The notes beneath the pieces were generated by a model, which made no database searches, was not told where the DNA came from, and saw only the letters and a list, made by a program, of their open reading frames with translations. From positions 1 to 17,368 of the forward strand of contig JANRJA010000134.1 of assembly GCA_033764315.1 (NCBI GenBank): a DNA stretch of 17,368 bases, written 5' to 3'. Positions 16,732 through 17,368 of this stretch are shown piece after piece; positions within the stretch are counted from its first letter, which is position 1; the number at the start of each line of letters is the position of its first letter. Both the position numbers and the translations under genes were made by a program. This DNA comes from Oculatellaceae cyanobacterium bins.114. GTDB lineage: Bacteria; Cyanobacteriota; Cyanobacteriia; Elainellales; Elainellaceae.

Positions 16732-16814
16732 TTTCAGGTTCGACTCCACTCAAGTCGCTGCCAGAGAGATTAAAAATGTTAAGCGACTGACCCTGAAAGA
16801 GTCGAATGGGAGTC
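16732..16814 (-). ncRNA. Candidate structured leader RNA with crossing and alternative helices
   Basis: Three perfect complementary pairs: 16732-16738/16792-16798, 16739-16746/16799-16806 and 16753-16759/16782-16788. Alternative pairing 16742-16751/16804-16814. Confidence 0.4.
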
Positions 16815-16902
16815 AAAACGCGTTTTACAGGTAATGACACCTATCTACTCACATAGAACACAACAACTAGAGTAAATCGTTTCAGAACGTTGTATATTTT
16901 GC

Positions 16903-16947
16903 AGCTTAACCAAAGCAATCCCTTAGAAATATCTATCTTTAGGTAGA
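16903..16947 (-). promoter_or_regulatory. Best-matching activator box TCTACCTAAAGATAGA plus -10 TAAGCT (23-nt spacer)
   Basis: Near-perfect palindrome at 16932-16947; -10 at 16908-16903 on the minus strand, pointing to the structured leader and the zinc-ribbon gene. Confidence 0.6.
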
Positions 16948-17318
16948 GTCAAATGTGATAAATTCTTAACTTTTATGTTCCCCATCAGCAACACACACTT
17001 CAGCAGAGCGGCTTTGCTTTTGCCCTATTTTAGAAGTGGTTTAAGAACTGATATATCAGCAGATTATGACCTTTGCTAGAGGAGAAATAAATCTGTATCT
17101 TTTAAGTTTAAATTTGTTCTTTAAAGCCTGGTTAGACAGGTGGAATCAAACTACGGAATAGGTTAGCAATAACGATTGCAAACCAGTTGATATGAACATG
17201 ATATGAACAAATTTAATTTTTTAGCTTCAGCTATTGAGCTTGTAACAAGACAATAGCCAGTATCTTAGAGCTTGAATATTGCTGTAGCCACATTTGCGAC
17301 AAACTTGGATGCCACTTC

Positions 17319-17368
17319 TATAGCAATCCTAAATGGGTTGTGAGAGTCGCACCCCTCCGGGGTGCGAC
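17319..17368. mobile_element. MITE-like element, type 1, cut by the window end
   Basis: TATAGCAATCCTAAATGGGTTGTGAGAGTCGCACCCC-TCC-GGGGTGCGAC. Confidence 0.7.

Noticed and set aside
16732..16806. Assignment of the structured element to a known class (HDV-like ribozyme, glutamine, c-di-GMP or fluoride riboswitch)
   Set aside because: The helix order loosely resembles HDV P1/P2, but P4 and J4/2 are absent and I see no conserved core of the named riboswitches.
5614..17368. Palindromic repeats as a possible CRISPR array
   Set aside because: Copies are dispersed over kilobases, vary in length, lack regular spacers, and no cas gene is present.

Overview
Cyanobacterial chromosomal window (19 HIP1 GCGATCGC octamers counted by eye). 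It holds a dense cluster of genes from families usually associated with general, osmotic or desiccation stress. In order: a GH31 alpha-glucosidase (missed by the ORF track, runs off the window start), a DUF2993/LmeA-like protein, an acetoacetate-decarboxylase-family protein, two PRC-barrel/DUF2382 (YsnF/AvaK) paralogs, a 4-TM membrane protein, a secreted His-start protein, a PPC/DUF296 protein, TspO, a Cys-less rhodanese, a ferritin-like+hemerythrin protein, YihY/BrkB, a CPA1 Na+/H+ antiporter, a hypothetical exported protein, DUF4112, ChaB and a small CxCC...CxxC zinc-ribbon protein. The non-coding DNA carries three notable signals. (1) A recurring 16-bp imperfect palindrome, TCT-N2-C-N4-G-N2-AGA, sits 22-23 nt upstream of a TAnnnT-type -10 box in front of eight genes, suggesting one activator-controlled regulon. 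(2) About ten short TATA-flanked, inverted-repeat-bounded MITE-like elements of three related types occur as tandem, deleted and chimeric copies, two inside inferred 5' UTRs. (3) A candidate switch-like structured RNA lies in the leader of the zinc-ribbon gene. Family calls come from motif recognition only; no database search was run.
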